Origin: Asterionella formosa
Taxonomy: Eukaryota
Reading direction: 5' to 3'
DNA length: 42,750 bases
Assembly: GCA_002256025.1 (NCBI GenBank)
Contig: NKIB01014529.1
Span: forward strand, 1-42,750
The notes beneath the pieces were generated by a model. The model was not told where the DNA came from and searched no databases. It was given only the letters and a program-made list of their open reading frames with translations. Within the stretch, counting starts at the first letter, position 1. Each line of letters opens with the position of its first letter. Of the stretch, positions 1 through 11,503 are shown in pieces. Both the position numbers and the translations under genes were made by a program.

Positions 1-1278
1 AATGGGAATCCAATTATGTGTGCCATCATTTTTGCTGCTAAGACTCTCGAAGATGAATGGGTACTTGGTCTTGATCCATTTGCAGAGTGGGTGGGAGATG
101 AAAACAACTTGTTAGCGAACAGTGGAAAGAACAAAAGGTACCCGCAAGGACCAGTGTGCACAGTTGATGGAGTCAACTTACCTACATACTGTTGTGCCTC
201 TGAAAATGGAAGTATCACAGCAGAGCTACTTGTTGGAATGCTTGCACACATGGACAAAACCGGAATTTTTGCACGGGACACTGGCCCACCACCTTTCTTA
301 ATTCTTGATGGTCACGGAAGCCGTTTTGACTTGCTCTTTCTTGAATACATCAATAATCCTGAGCACAATTGGAATGTCTGCATTGGTGTTCCATACGGGA
401 CCTCCTACTGGCAAGTCGGTGACTCCACTGAACAAAACGGTTGCTACAAGATGGCCATTACAAAAGCGAAGCGGGAACTACTCACCAAGAAAGCGGACCA
501 TCGTCAGGAATTCTCACTCAATAAAGTTGACATTGTCGGAATAGTAAGCACTGCATGGGATGAATCATTTGGTCAAGTTACCTCCAAAAGGACTGCAATT
601 GCCAACCGAGGATGGGGCCCACTCAACTATAATGTTCTCAATCACTCTGAAATCCAACTTACAAAGACAACATTGAAAAATGGCACCCAAAACATCAACA
701 CTGGAAATGCTACTTCTCCCCAAGAATTAAATCTGTCAGATGGATATGCTGGCACTCTAGTTGACCGTGTTGTTGAATACAGGAATCGTGAAGATGCTCG
801 AAATGGAATTGACCTTGATGCCCAAGCCCGTCAACGCAAGGAATCTGCCCAAGCCCATCTCGACTCCCACAAGAAAAGAATCTCTGCCGGCCTATTGGCA
901 TCTGCTGGCATTCATGCTCTTGGACCAAATGTGCTTGCATCTGCACTGGTGAGAAAGAGAAAGGCAGAGGAACTGGTTACTGAGCGTCAAAACAAAAGGC
1001 AGCATGAATTTATGAAGCTACAGAACAAATTTATGGCTCTACGCGTAGCCAACAAGCCTGAGCATATGCTGTCAGTTCCTGAAATTAAGATCCTTGTGCG
1101 ATGGTTTCGACGCAATGGAGATTTCCCGGTACCACAAACAAGACAAGCCCTACTTACCCGCTTGGGAGAGACCTCACACCGAGGAGACCAGCAGGCGCCA
1201 GCAGAAGAGATCAAAACTGCTGTGGTTCTTGCTGCAAGTCCCATCCCCCCTATTCTCCCCCCGCCCCCCTTGGCCTAG
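1..1278 (+). mobile_element. Tc1/mariner superfamily (pogo/Tigger/Fot1-like, DDE_1) transposase, 5'-truncated by the window edge
   Basis: The frame is open from base 1 (NGNPIMCAIIF). It has DDE_1 motifs 'SENGSIT', 'PFLILDGHGSRF' and 'SYWQVGDS..NGCYK' (QPLD-like), then 'GWGPLN' and a basic/coiled C-terminus. An AT-rich tail (about 1550-2045) follows and is probably the 3' subterminal region. Confidence 0.85.
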
Positions 1279-3197
1279 AGTTGACAATTGTGCTGGCACA
1301 TAAGGGGGAAATTGAAATTCCAGCCGCACTGCCTTGCATGCTTCGGGCAAGGAAGAATATGAAGGGTGACTGGCTGAGAGGAGGAATATGAAGGAAGCGA
1401 CGAAACAAGGAGGCGGAAGCGGAAGTGGAGCAAGGTGGAGGCGAAGGTGGAGAAGCAAACAAGCAATCAAACAAAAAATTCTTGCTTGGCTGGCTGACAT
1501 CTGTCATAGTAGTAATACCAAACCAGTAGCCTGATGTAAGCAGAACACTAATTAGTGACGAACGTAAATAATCCCTATATAAATCTATATCAAACCATCA
1601 TCAAAACAAATGAAAGTAAGATGATTGACACAAAAACTGAAATAATATTTGAGTTAAAAGGCAAACGCATTCTTATTTAAGGTTTAAAAAATGAAAAGAA
1701 TCAATAATAAATGGGTAGATGATGCAACGGACAAATAATATTGTGGCAGGAAAAAGCTTTAGAGTGAACAATAGGGTAATCGAAACCAGAATTTGAATAT
1801 AAAATTGTCTTCAGGTACGTAGTAAAAAATATGTATAGATAGTCATACAAAACGACCATAATCATCAACTTTAAAAACTTCATATCTCTTGAATTATGAA
1901 GCTTCATTACTAATTAAACAGACCTATTGAAAGGGGAGAGCCTGTTCTAGATTTAGCTACGTACTTGATTTGTTGTCACCATGAAATTTGACTAAAATAG
2001 TTTGAGTCGAAACATGGGGTAAACTTTATATGACTCTCAGTTTTTAGGTGGTACCCTGGTACCAGTGTACTGGGACGGGTAGCTTTACGGTAAGTACCTG
2101 GTACATACACCACGACGACAAGCGAGGTGGTCCAAAGACCAACAGAAGGAAAGCGTCAAAAAGTCTTTCACAAAACGACGAGAACACCCCTCCTGACATA
2201 CAAACAAGCCAAAACGACAAGGAACAACAGCCAAGGCGAAATCCATTGAACATATTAAATATATATATATATGATATATATTTGTTCTTGTTGTTGTCTC
2301 GCTCTCTATCAGTATTCCGGCTTCTCTTGTTTTGATACCAATAATCAATTGACTGAAGCAATTATTGAATTGAACAGAAGGATCGCAGCAAGTCCAGCCA
2401 AAGGTATGTCGAAATAAGGTAGGAGCGGAGGTAGTGGAATGACTGAATTGACCATCCACCCTTTTCGATGCGAGTGCAAGAACCAATACCCTCTTGGCTG
2501 TTGTATACATACATACATACATACGTCTATCTACGGCATGATGAAATCGGGCTCGTTTCTTGATGAGGTGCAGTTTGCCGAATTGTCATGGTCTACCGCC
2601 AGTCCAAGAAAAGCGGATCACTCTGCCCTTTTCGTACCTGGTACCAGTACATGGTACCTTCGCTTTGACATGCTACCAGGTACCTTCTCTTTGTCACGCA
2701 CCTCTATTACCAGTATTGGTAGGATGTACCGGTAGTCCCATTTTGCCATTGCAAGACGCGTGCTGCCTTGCTCCAACGGAATTGGGGTCAAAGGTTGGGA
2801 TTTTGGTTAGTTTTTACTTTTATTTCGAATGAAATCGTCCTCTCTGACGTCACAAATCGATTTTCTGAGATGTTCGTTCCTAGAATAGCACTGTATTATT
2901 TGCTAATAAAACAAGAACTCTCACATTTCAATTTTTTTCTTTCACCGGTACCGGTATATTCAGGGTTTATGTCCTTTTTATTAATTAACACAGAATCAAC
3001 GTTTCGTTAGGTATAAATTCTACTAACGCCCTTCGACATCTATAAAATCCTCTTTCAACTCATTCAGACGAACTGTACAGTTTATAGAGTACGACCGGTA
3101 CACCAACACAGAGCCATTGCTATTTGCCGGTTGTATTGTTCAGCCCAGTTTCTGCAGTTCATAACGCCGAGGGGGAGAAAGGAAGCAAACTCAGAAA

Positions 3198-5848
3198 ATG
3201 ACAACAACAACGTCCCCGTGGTCACTCTCCGTGAAACGAGTTGGCGTCGCCGAAGGAAATAACTACACCGTCCTAGTTGATCCTGATTCCAACCTGGCGT
3301 CTCTGTACACGGAAATTGAAGGCGTCACTGGCGTCAAGGCCAACCAGCAGCGATTGATCTATCGAGGCCGCATATTGGCATCGACGGATGAACGAGACGA
3401 TCAGACTCTTGAACTGGGAGTGACCAAGAAGGATCCCAAGATTAAAGATGTGATTGGTCTTTGCGATGGACAAACCATTCATTTGGTGTCCAAGCCAGTA
3501 TGCGCCGTGCAAGAGGTGGAAGGCCACGAGCCGCCCTTGACGACGACGACAGCGGAAGAAGGGACGACGGGGCCCACGGACGACGCTCCAGCTACTATCA
3601 CACCATCGAGTCGCAGCCCCGACAATTCGACATCTCCCACAGCTTCGTTCCTTGCTGCGATTCTTGGATGGAACGACGAATCGGATGAGTCATTGCCACC
3701 CTCGATGGGCGAACAAGTATCCCGCTTGCGGTCGGCTCGATTGAGAGGTCGACGAAGGGACAATTACCGTCTCACGGAGGAGGATTTAGTAATGAACGAT
3801 CCAGGCTCGATGGAACCGGTGCGGCAGGCATTGCTGACACTGCATTCGATGATACACAGTCAGACTCATCCAGAATTAGAGGGACATCGACATTGGTATC
3901 GAGGTCAATGGGTGGATGTCAGAGATACAGTCAATCAATGGTTGGAAGCGACGATTGTGGAAGTGGTCTTGGCGCAGGATATTTTGCCTTACCCATTGCG
4001 AGACGCTCCAAGAAATCGACAATCCAGAACTGTAGAGCCGACCACTGATGCCACGGTGTCGGCCAATGACTTTGAAGGGCGTATGCAACTCTTTTTGGAA
4101 CCATGCACGGGCGATTGCGACGGGCATTGGAATGGATTTAGGCAACGAGACTACAACGAAGGTGTGCAGCTTTTGCTCATTCATTACAATGGATGGCCAC
4201 ATCGATGGGATGAGTGGATTAGAAGTGATTCGGAACGAATAAGGCCCTTTCGATCTCGAACTCGGCATGAGACTGCGGTAAGTACCTCTTGTGTGTGTGC
4301 TTGGAATTATTCTGTTGTTCAAGGCAAATTTCGATTGTTTACTCACGTATTGGTTTGACGAATCTTTAGTCATTAACCGCGTCGCCATCTCCATTATCGA
4401 TCTTCAATGCAGCTCCATCAACGCATATTAAGGACGAAAATGATGCAGTGGAGAGATCTGCACTTTTGCCTGAATTGCAGAAAGTCATTGGTGTAGTCAA
4501 TACTCTCTTGCAGACTGCCATGGTTGACGAGAGCGGGACAGAGCCTTCGGTGAGAGACGATTCCCTTCCTTGGAGTGCCGAAATAAATGACGAAGCTAAT
4601 TCTATCGTGCTTGATGATGAGATCGATCGAGTAACTACGAATGCAGGGCAGCAGCTATATTGCAATCGGCGTCAACTGGAGCAGTTGGCTCCTTTGTTGG
4701 ATCGGCTTGGACGAGCCCTAACGGATGCTGCACCCCACATTGCCTCCTTTGCTGCGACACTTCCACAAGATTATACTCAGGAACCGCCTCGATGCATACC
4801 AGGTGAATGCAATGTTGTGATTGCTGGAGATGCGGAAGTTGAATCGCTGGCTGACCATGACGACGATGTGGCTAGCACGCTGGAACGTGCACGTGCCAGT
4901 TCGTTGGGAACTGGCATGTTCTCAATGTCAGACGGAAATACCACCAATGTCGTTATTCCCGATAGCAATACGCTACTGTTGAACTCAATGCTGGACAATC
5001 CGGATGATTTGTCCGACGACGCGGTAGCCCCCAACGATGTAGACCATGCCGACTTTGTTGCAAGTATGGTAAACACTGTTCGACCCGTAAACCAAAGCCG
5101 CATTGCGAGGAGGACGTCACCAAATACTTCGAATGCTAGTGACGACGGATCGAACCTCCTAGCAGCCTATCTTGCTGCCGCTAGCTTGAGTAGCTTGGCA
5201 AGCGATGACGGTGGAAACTCCAACGAGAACGCAAGTGGACTCCATGGGTTGGGTCGCCTATTGCGACAGCGAGAGAATGGAAGTGGAAATGGAGGAATCG
5301 ACATTCACATTCATGCATTTGTCACTGGGCCCGGCGTTGGAGGTGGTGCTGGATTCGCCATGCTTGGCGATCCCCGTATTGGAGGTCATGGTGGTCAAAC
5401 CACGACTCGTGGAACCGGATTTTCTGGCCTATCTTCCCTAAATCAGCGACATCAAAGCCCATTTCTAGATTTTCGTCCTACCCCCATTGCGCCTGTGAAT
5501 GAAGAAGAACTGGACATTTTCGATGACCTCTACTCTGATAATCCATCGCCAGTAGACCTTCACAGTGGCCTACTTCCAACAGAACGACGCAGTAGGGAAA
5601 GTCGTTTATTCGAACGCGATAGTGACAGCGAGTTTCTTTCTCAGCCACCCAACAGCCGATCCAGATCTGGACGTGCACCCGCCATTCGCTCAAGATCACC
5701 CAACCAAAACAACAGTTTGCCAACCTTGAGCGAATCAACAAGTCCCCGGAGAGGAAGTACTTTGTCCAGGATCTTTCGGAGAGCATTGGGTCGCCGCTCA
5801 AACTCTAACTTCGACCGATTGAATCCTTCCATGCACGATCCGGAATAG
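3198..5848 (+). CDS. Ubiquitin-like domain protein with a Tudor-knot/chromo-barrel-like domain and a long disordered C-terminus (2 exons: 3198-4277, 4370-5848)
   Basis: Ubl signature 'IEGVTGVKANQQRLIYRGRIL...GLCDGQTIHLV'; Tudor-knot-like 'GQWVDVRDTVNQWLEATIVEV...LLIHYNGWPHRWDEWI'. A phase-0 intron 4278-4369 (GTAAGT...TTTAG) joins ORFs 3198 and 4448 in frame. Confidence 0.8.
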
Positions 5849-6737
5849 TCATGCCGATAATGGTACATAAATACACAAAGTGCCACAGCCCCCATTTCAA
5901 TAGCTATTAATTTTTTTAAAAGTGATGGGTTGCGGTGCCTATGCCCTGCCCTCACTGCATCAGTTCTCTCGGCCGAGCTTGACAAATGGAATGTCTACAA
6001 TATCTGACTTAAAAAATGTTCTTTTCCATCTCCCGTAACAGCAAGGAAATTTACGTCGCAGCGAAGTCAAGAATCAAATCATATGTAAGCTACAGGAGTG
6101 CCTACCAGAAGTAAAATATGTGTGGTTTTTTGTATCTGTTGTCGCAATTATTCACGATGTAGAAATAGACCTTTGGGTAGTGAAAATGTTCAGTTGAAGC
6201 GATGAGGGGCGACTGTACCAGAAATCGAGCTCACTATCAAGGAAGGGGGGCATACCCCTCTGGAAACAAGGATAATGCCAGTGCGTTTTAGATTCTATCA
6301 TCAAATGTACACATAATGAAAAGTGTAGGAATCAAACGCGAAAGAGTTTCCCATTGTTTCCAAGTTGTAACCTCGCCGATGCACCACACGACACAAACAG
6401 CAATTGAATAAAGCACCCCTCAAATTTTCTTCGACATTCTCACATTATGTGCATGGTCCTTGTTGTCGGTTCCTTAAAAACAAGAAAACTACATATAATA
6501 GTCAGTCAGTAAGAATGGAACACAAAGCATTTACGTGACTACATCACTTGCAAGGTTTAAAAAATAATTGAAGCGATTAACTAGTATCGTAATAGAATGA
6601 TGTATGTATTCATAGAGTTGCAGTGTTTTTCTGTTCCCTGACATAAAATAGAATGATTGAACAAAAGAACTGCATTCAGATTTAATTCTTTCATGAGTTA
6701 TGTTCTTCCAACCAATGCGCGAAATTCCTTGTGGCAA

Positions 6738-8906
6738 TTACATGCCAGTGTTGTACCCAGTATACTTCTTTATGATGCCAAGGAGTTCAGCTCTCCTCAT
6801 TGGTTTGTTGCAGTACTCATCAAAGCCAATTTCCATGCATTGCGTTTTCGTTTCCTCACCAGCGTCGCCAGTGAGAGCAACTATTGGGATATTAATTTTC
6901 AACTCGTCTTTGATGATTTTCGTCGCGGTCAGTCCATCCATCACAGGCATTCTCAAATCCATCAGAATGAGATTGAACATCCCAGGAGCGCTAGATTTGA
7001 GAATATCAATAGCTAGTTGGCCATTCTCGACCCATGTTGTCGCACAATTGGCTCTTCGCAATGACATACACAGAAGTTTTGCACAAGTAGTAACGTCTTC
7101 GACGACAAGGATCGATGGAGGATCCATTGAACATACCCCTTTGCACACGATGTCCGCCTTTGAGACTGTGGGTTCGGGAATCACATCTGTTGCCGGAATC
7201 ACACGCGCAATTTTGACTGGCGCACTACCCTCTGACTCATGATGCATCCTCTTTGAAGAGTCACGGTGGACAATTCTATCTGAAGCAAATTGTTCTGAGC
7301 GATCACGCGGAATAGAAAACCAGAATTTTGTCAGCCCAGGTTCAGATGTATAACGCAGATCGCCTCCCAACGCCTGTACGAGATGATAAGATAGACTGAG
7401 CCCAATGCCCATACCGTTATGACGATGGCTATTGATTCCTCTTTCAATCTTATCTCGAAGTGTCGTCGCTTCGTCAAAGTCTTGAGTCTCTTCAGGTATC
7501 ATCTCTTGATGATAGCGTTGGAAGATTGGGGGAAGGTTTGTATGAACGCCTAAAGGAGGTTCATAGGTTGTAATACCCGGCCCTGAATCTATGATTGTGA
7601 ATACGCACCGGACATCTTGCTCCAAAATCTGCAAGGTGATGTTCCCATGTTCCGTCACATGCATAGCATTATCGAGCAAGTGACGAAGAACCTTTTTGAG
7701 TACAGCCGCGTCTGTACACAGAAAGCCAGGGCCACCTCCAATCAATTCAAAGGCTACTTCAACGTCAGACATCTTCCCTTGTGGACACACGATGTCCAGG
7801 ACTTGATTTCCAAGGCCTTTGAGAAGAACCAATTCTTTGTTAAGTTTGAAAATACCCCCTTGATCGAGTCGAGCGAGATCAGATATATCATCGATCATGA
7901 CAACTGCATTGTCGATGTGAATACCAGCCTGCTGCATCAAAGTGATACTCTCGTTGGAGATCTCGGTGGCAGTCTTTGCATCCCATGGGCTTGCAGCAAG
8001 TGCGAATAGGTTAGACGTCACAATTTCTAGAGTATTTTGAAGCACATGTAGTGGAGTACGCATGTGGTGTAGAGAACGACTCATAAAGTTGTCTAACATC
8101 TTGAGTGAGCGCTTCGTTTCATCCAAAAGAAGATGGGCTCTGGCCTCGGTGATCTTTCGTTTGGTGTCGTCGCGAATGAAGCATCGCGTGTGTTCAAAGT
8201 TGCCTTCAACGTCATATTTGACGTTGCTATCAATGAGCAAGTCCACCACATGTCCATCTTTTGCCCGGAAGCGAACGGGCACATCGCGTATAGAGTTCCC
8301 ACTTCCTAGCTGCTTGAAGATCTCTAGGACGAGCTCTTCTTCGTCAGGACAGAACTTCATGATGGGCTGGCCAATGTATTCCTCAGCCGTATATCCCAGG
8401 ACATCGAGCTCCCTTTGATTGGCCCACAAGACGATTCCCTGACCGCTGAGCCAGTGCAAAGCAATGGGCGCATTCTGGAAAAAGTCCACAAGCTCGCTAT
8501 CCTTGGCCCGTTGTTCCATGTCCTGTTCAGTGCAAGGGTCGCCAAACAAAAGCAAGCTGCCATCCGAACTTCTTCCCACGGTCCAATCAAAGTGTTTCTT
8601 GATAGGTAAGCCCACCCCTGCCAATGTCAACATTTCAATGTTGCGTGCCTTGGACCTAGTCATTCCACTCTTGACAGCTTCGATAGCGCCTTCAAGCGAG
8701 TTCCGATGATCTTCTCCCTCGGTTGCCAGATCAATAAATCTCATCCCTGATATCTTGAATGTTTGTCCTACGATGCTTTCAAACATCTCGTTGGCTTGCA
8801 CGGCTATTCCCGTCTCGGGGTCGAGAGCTACCATGCAAAATGGACCATTAGCGAGGTAAGAGAACGCATTCTTCTCCTTGACGACAGTGATTGGGAAAGG
8901 CATCAT
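6738..8906 (-). CDS. Hybrid sensor histidine kinase/response regulator (PAS-PAS-HisKA-HATPase_c-REC), intronless, 722 aa from the first ATG
   Basis: PAS 'FFQNAPIALHWLSGQGIVLWANQRELDVLGYTAEEYIG...HTRCFIRD'; H-box-like 'HHMRTPL'; N box 'LRHLLDNA'; G1 'DSGPGI'; G2 'GMGIGLSLS'; receiver 'ILVVED...LILMDLRMPVMDG...ALTG...KP'. Confidence 0.92.
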   Translation of the reverse strand: MMPFPITVVKEKNAFSYLANGPFCMVALDPETGIAVQANEMFESIVGQTFKISGMRFIDLATEGEDHRNSLEGAIEAVKSGMTRSKARNIEMLTLAGVGLPIKKHFDWTVGRSSDGSLLLFGDPCTEQDMEQRAKDSELVDFFQNAPIALHWLSGQGIVLWANQRELDVLGYTAEEYIGQPIMKFCPDEEELVLEIFKQLGSGNSIRDVPVRFRAKDGHVVDLLIDSNVKYDVEGNFEHTRCFIRDDTKRKITEARAHLLLDETKRSLKMLDNFMSRSLHHMRTPLHVLQNTLEIVTSNLFALAASPWDAKTATEISNESITLMQQAGIHIDNAVVMIDDISDLARLDQGGIFKLNKELVLLKGLGNQVLDIVCPQGKMSDVEVAFELIGGGPGFLCTDAAVLKKVLRHLLDNAMHVTEHGNITLQILEQDVRCVFTIIDSGPGITTYEPPLGVHTNLPPIFQRYHQEMIPEETQDFDEATTLRDKIERGINSHRHNGMGIGLSLSYHLVQALGGDLRYTSEPGLTKFWFSIPRDRSEQFASDRIVHRDSSKRMHHESEGSAPVKIARVIPATDVIPEPTVSKADIVCKGVCSMDPPSILVVEDVTTCAKLLCMSLRRANCATTWVENGQLAIDILKSSAPGMFNLILMDLRMPVMDGLTATKIIKDELKINIPIVALTGDAGEETKTQCMEIGFDEYCNKPMRRAELLGIIKKYTGYNTGM

Positions 8907-9666
8907 TGATCCAAAAGATGTGGGAACGGTATGCAATATTACTAGCCGTAACACTTGAGAACTCAATCCACAATTGCCAATTTTCTTTTGGTGAGAGATG
9001 TGCTTTCTGTTACCTTGATAAAGTGAATAATGTTGATACGACCGGTAACTTAAGCGAAAGAATAGATCCCTATTTTTCACACATTTTCTACTGATCGTAG
9101 ACTCTATGACAGTTTAAACTTGGGATTGGAAATCTGAGGTCAAAACTTACTACGATTCATGTGTTCCTTGTCCCGAAATATGTATCGTGATAAATTGTTC
9201 GATGCGAAGCCGGAGCAACATTTTCCATTATTGAAGTTCCCCGGATACGACTACCCATTGTACCTACCGGCTACCAGCGAACCAGTACCTGGTTACCGGC
9301 AGGTAGATGAAAACACAGCAGCAAATTAAGCTACCTGGTACCGTACCAGGTACCGGGTATCAGATACCGGTAACATGACCGAATCGATTAAGTAGCAGTA
9401 TATACCTGTACAATGTCTGTCATAAATTTCTGTTGAAAAATGCATTGCTTCTTTTTTCTCATAAATGGTCAATTAGGACTTTGGATATTTCAATAACTCT
9501 CCGCGAGAAACTCTAGTCAATCAAAAGTGAGGGATGCCATCATCAATGACTGTACACATGCGGATCTCAATGAATATACCGGGTAGCCAATCACAACAAA
9601 CTTCAACAACCCCAAAATCTTGACACCACACGACAGATCCCATTTAGAAGAATACGCCGAAGAACC

Positions 9667-9691
9667 AGCAAGGTGCGGTCATTTTGCTGAA
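9667..9691 (+). mobile_element. Isolated transposon terminal inverted repeat (same family as the MITE at 36401-36490); probable left end of a decayed element occupying the AT-rich ~9.7-11.2 kb region
   Basis: AGCAAGGTGCGGTCATTTTGCTGAA matches the reverse complement of the MITE right end with 2 mismatches in 25 nt. No partner TIR was found. Confidence 0.55.
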
Positions 9692-10194
9692 TGCCAGTCG
9701 GCTCTAAAAATATATGCCGGTACATCTATCATATCATGTAATAATATACCGGCTATGCAGAGAACAACTCCAAATACCAGTAGATGTTTCATGCATTGTT
9801 AGCCAAAGTCGGCCAAGCTGCACACAATTCAGTGACATTCATTTTGTGCTGATGTATTCGTCCAAACGCGAAAGCTCAGAAAATGGCACTGACAACAGCA
9901 AAAGTTTGTAGAAATCGACAAGTTTTGCTGGGCTGTTCTAACTCAACATCATTTTGCTGTTCTGGCCATCCTTTCGACTTTGAGTACATATTCTTCTAGT
10001 TGGGTTGCAGCATGATAATCAGTGGAATATAAATACATAGTCTTGAGAGAACACATTGAAAAACAAACAACCTCATCAGGCAGTAGAATGACGGTGTCAT
10101 TCTGTTTGTAGTATATCAAAGAATTATGTGAAAAGATGTAGCTTGCCCTAGAATGAAAACCAATGGACTTCAGTCAATTTAAAACAATTTGGAC

Positions 10195-10412
10195 ATCATT
10201 ATTCTTCAGAATAAATTCTGTCCATGCATAAGTCAACCTTGGAATTTTACTTCACTAATCCATAGAAAAATCAAATCTTAAGAAGGGGAGTAAAAGAAAA
10301 ATCATTATTCTTCAGAATAAATTCTGTCCATGCATAAGTCAACCTTGGAATTTTACTTCACTAATCCATAGAAAAATCAAATCTTAAGAAGGGGAGTAAA
10401 AGAAAAATCATT
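10195..10412. repeat. Exact 106-bp tandem duplication with ATCATT microhomology at the junctions
   Basis: 10195-10300 is identical to 10301-10406, followed by a third ATCATT at 10407-10412. Confidence 0.95.
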
Positions 10413-11503
10413 GGACAATGATGACGCCAAACTGAGACAGCTTCTTTCTTTTTCATTGTTGGCTAATTTATTCTTAGTCTTGTGAGTTTGTCAATTTTAA
10501 CTTTTTCTTCAGTTTGAATCATCAACATTGAAATGAACGTATTTACAAATGATGATTGGGATAGTTACATTTACATCATACTTGGTGGCTAGACCCTCCT
10601 AGATTCATCAGCAGTCTTCTTGGATCATTGGTCGGTTCATTTTCATTCATATATTCAATTAAAAATAACCGTTATGGACTAGTATAGTGTGCTTGTTGAG
10701 CTCGTCTTTTTTGTGGCTCATGCAACCTCAGAATACTCAAAGCGCAATAAGCAGTATAGCTTCTATCAACAGGTTAACATCATATTGACAAGTTATTTAT
10801 TATTTATTTGTGAGTGCTGTGCTGACTATCATTTTCTAAATGAAACCATTCCTTGTTTTTGCATTTAGTATATCAGCCAAATACTCAGATTGTGATATTT
10901 GATTGTGAACATCCTCTAGCCAGTCCCTTGAAAGGGGGCAATCCTCCTAATCCAACTCAAATGCACATAATAGCTAGTGTTGAACGCAGTCAAAGCTACT
11001 AGTTAGATCTGGAAATTATGTACAAGTTGCTTTCTGTTTTACTCTTTGTGAGAATTAGAATATGAAAATCAATATATCATTTTCATAGTTTTCGGAGTAA
11101 TTGTATCAAAAAGGTATTTTTATCTCCAGAATTCAGGGTTCCTGTATGGGTTTCAGCATTTACAATAGTATGCTGAGATTGCGATCAATAGGGAGAAAGA
11201 AATGCTGAATCTAAACATACATTATGTCAGTGCGCATTCTATCATACATGCTGTAGAACAAATATATATATATATATCACAAACACTTTGTTCGCACAAC
11301 CAGATTGGAACTTATTTGACCACAAACAACCATTGTGCCCATCATGTTCCAAAAAAAACCATCAGTCGGCAAATAAACTCCCACTATTGAACTCTGACTA
11401 TAACATAGCACACATCTGTTGAATGCATGATCCCCAATTGGTAGCTTTTCTCTATAATAATTAATATATAAATATATCGCATGTTGTCATTCTTCCTATC
11501 CAT

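Noticed and set aside
2538..2870. C/D-box snoRNA (ATGATGA ... CTGA)
   Set aside because: The boxes are too far apart, with no terminal stem and no recognisable guide sequence.
2775..3065. Possible MITE upstream of the Ubl gene
   Set aside because: The candidate inverted ends match only weakly and no TSD is visible.
6700..8709. Several plus-strand ORFs overlapping the histidine kinase
   Set aside because: Antisense shadows with no recognisable motifs.
8907..9080. N-terminal 58 aa of the 780-aa ORF call
   Set aside because: It begins at a non-ATG codon in AT-rich sequence; a eukaryotic start at ATG 8906 is more plausible.
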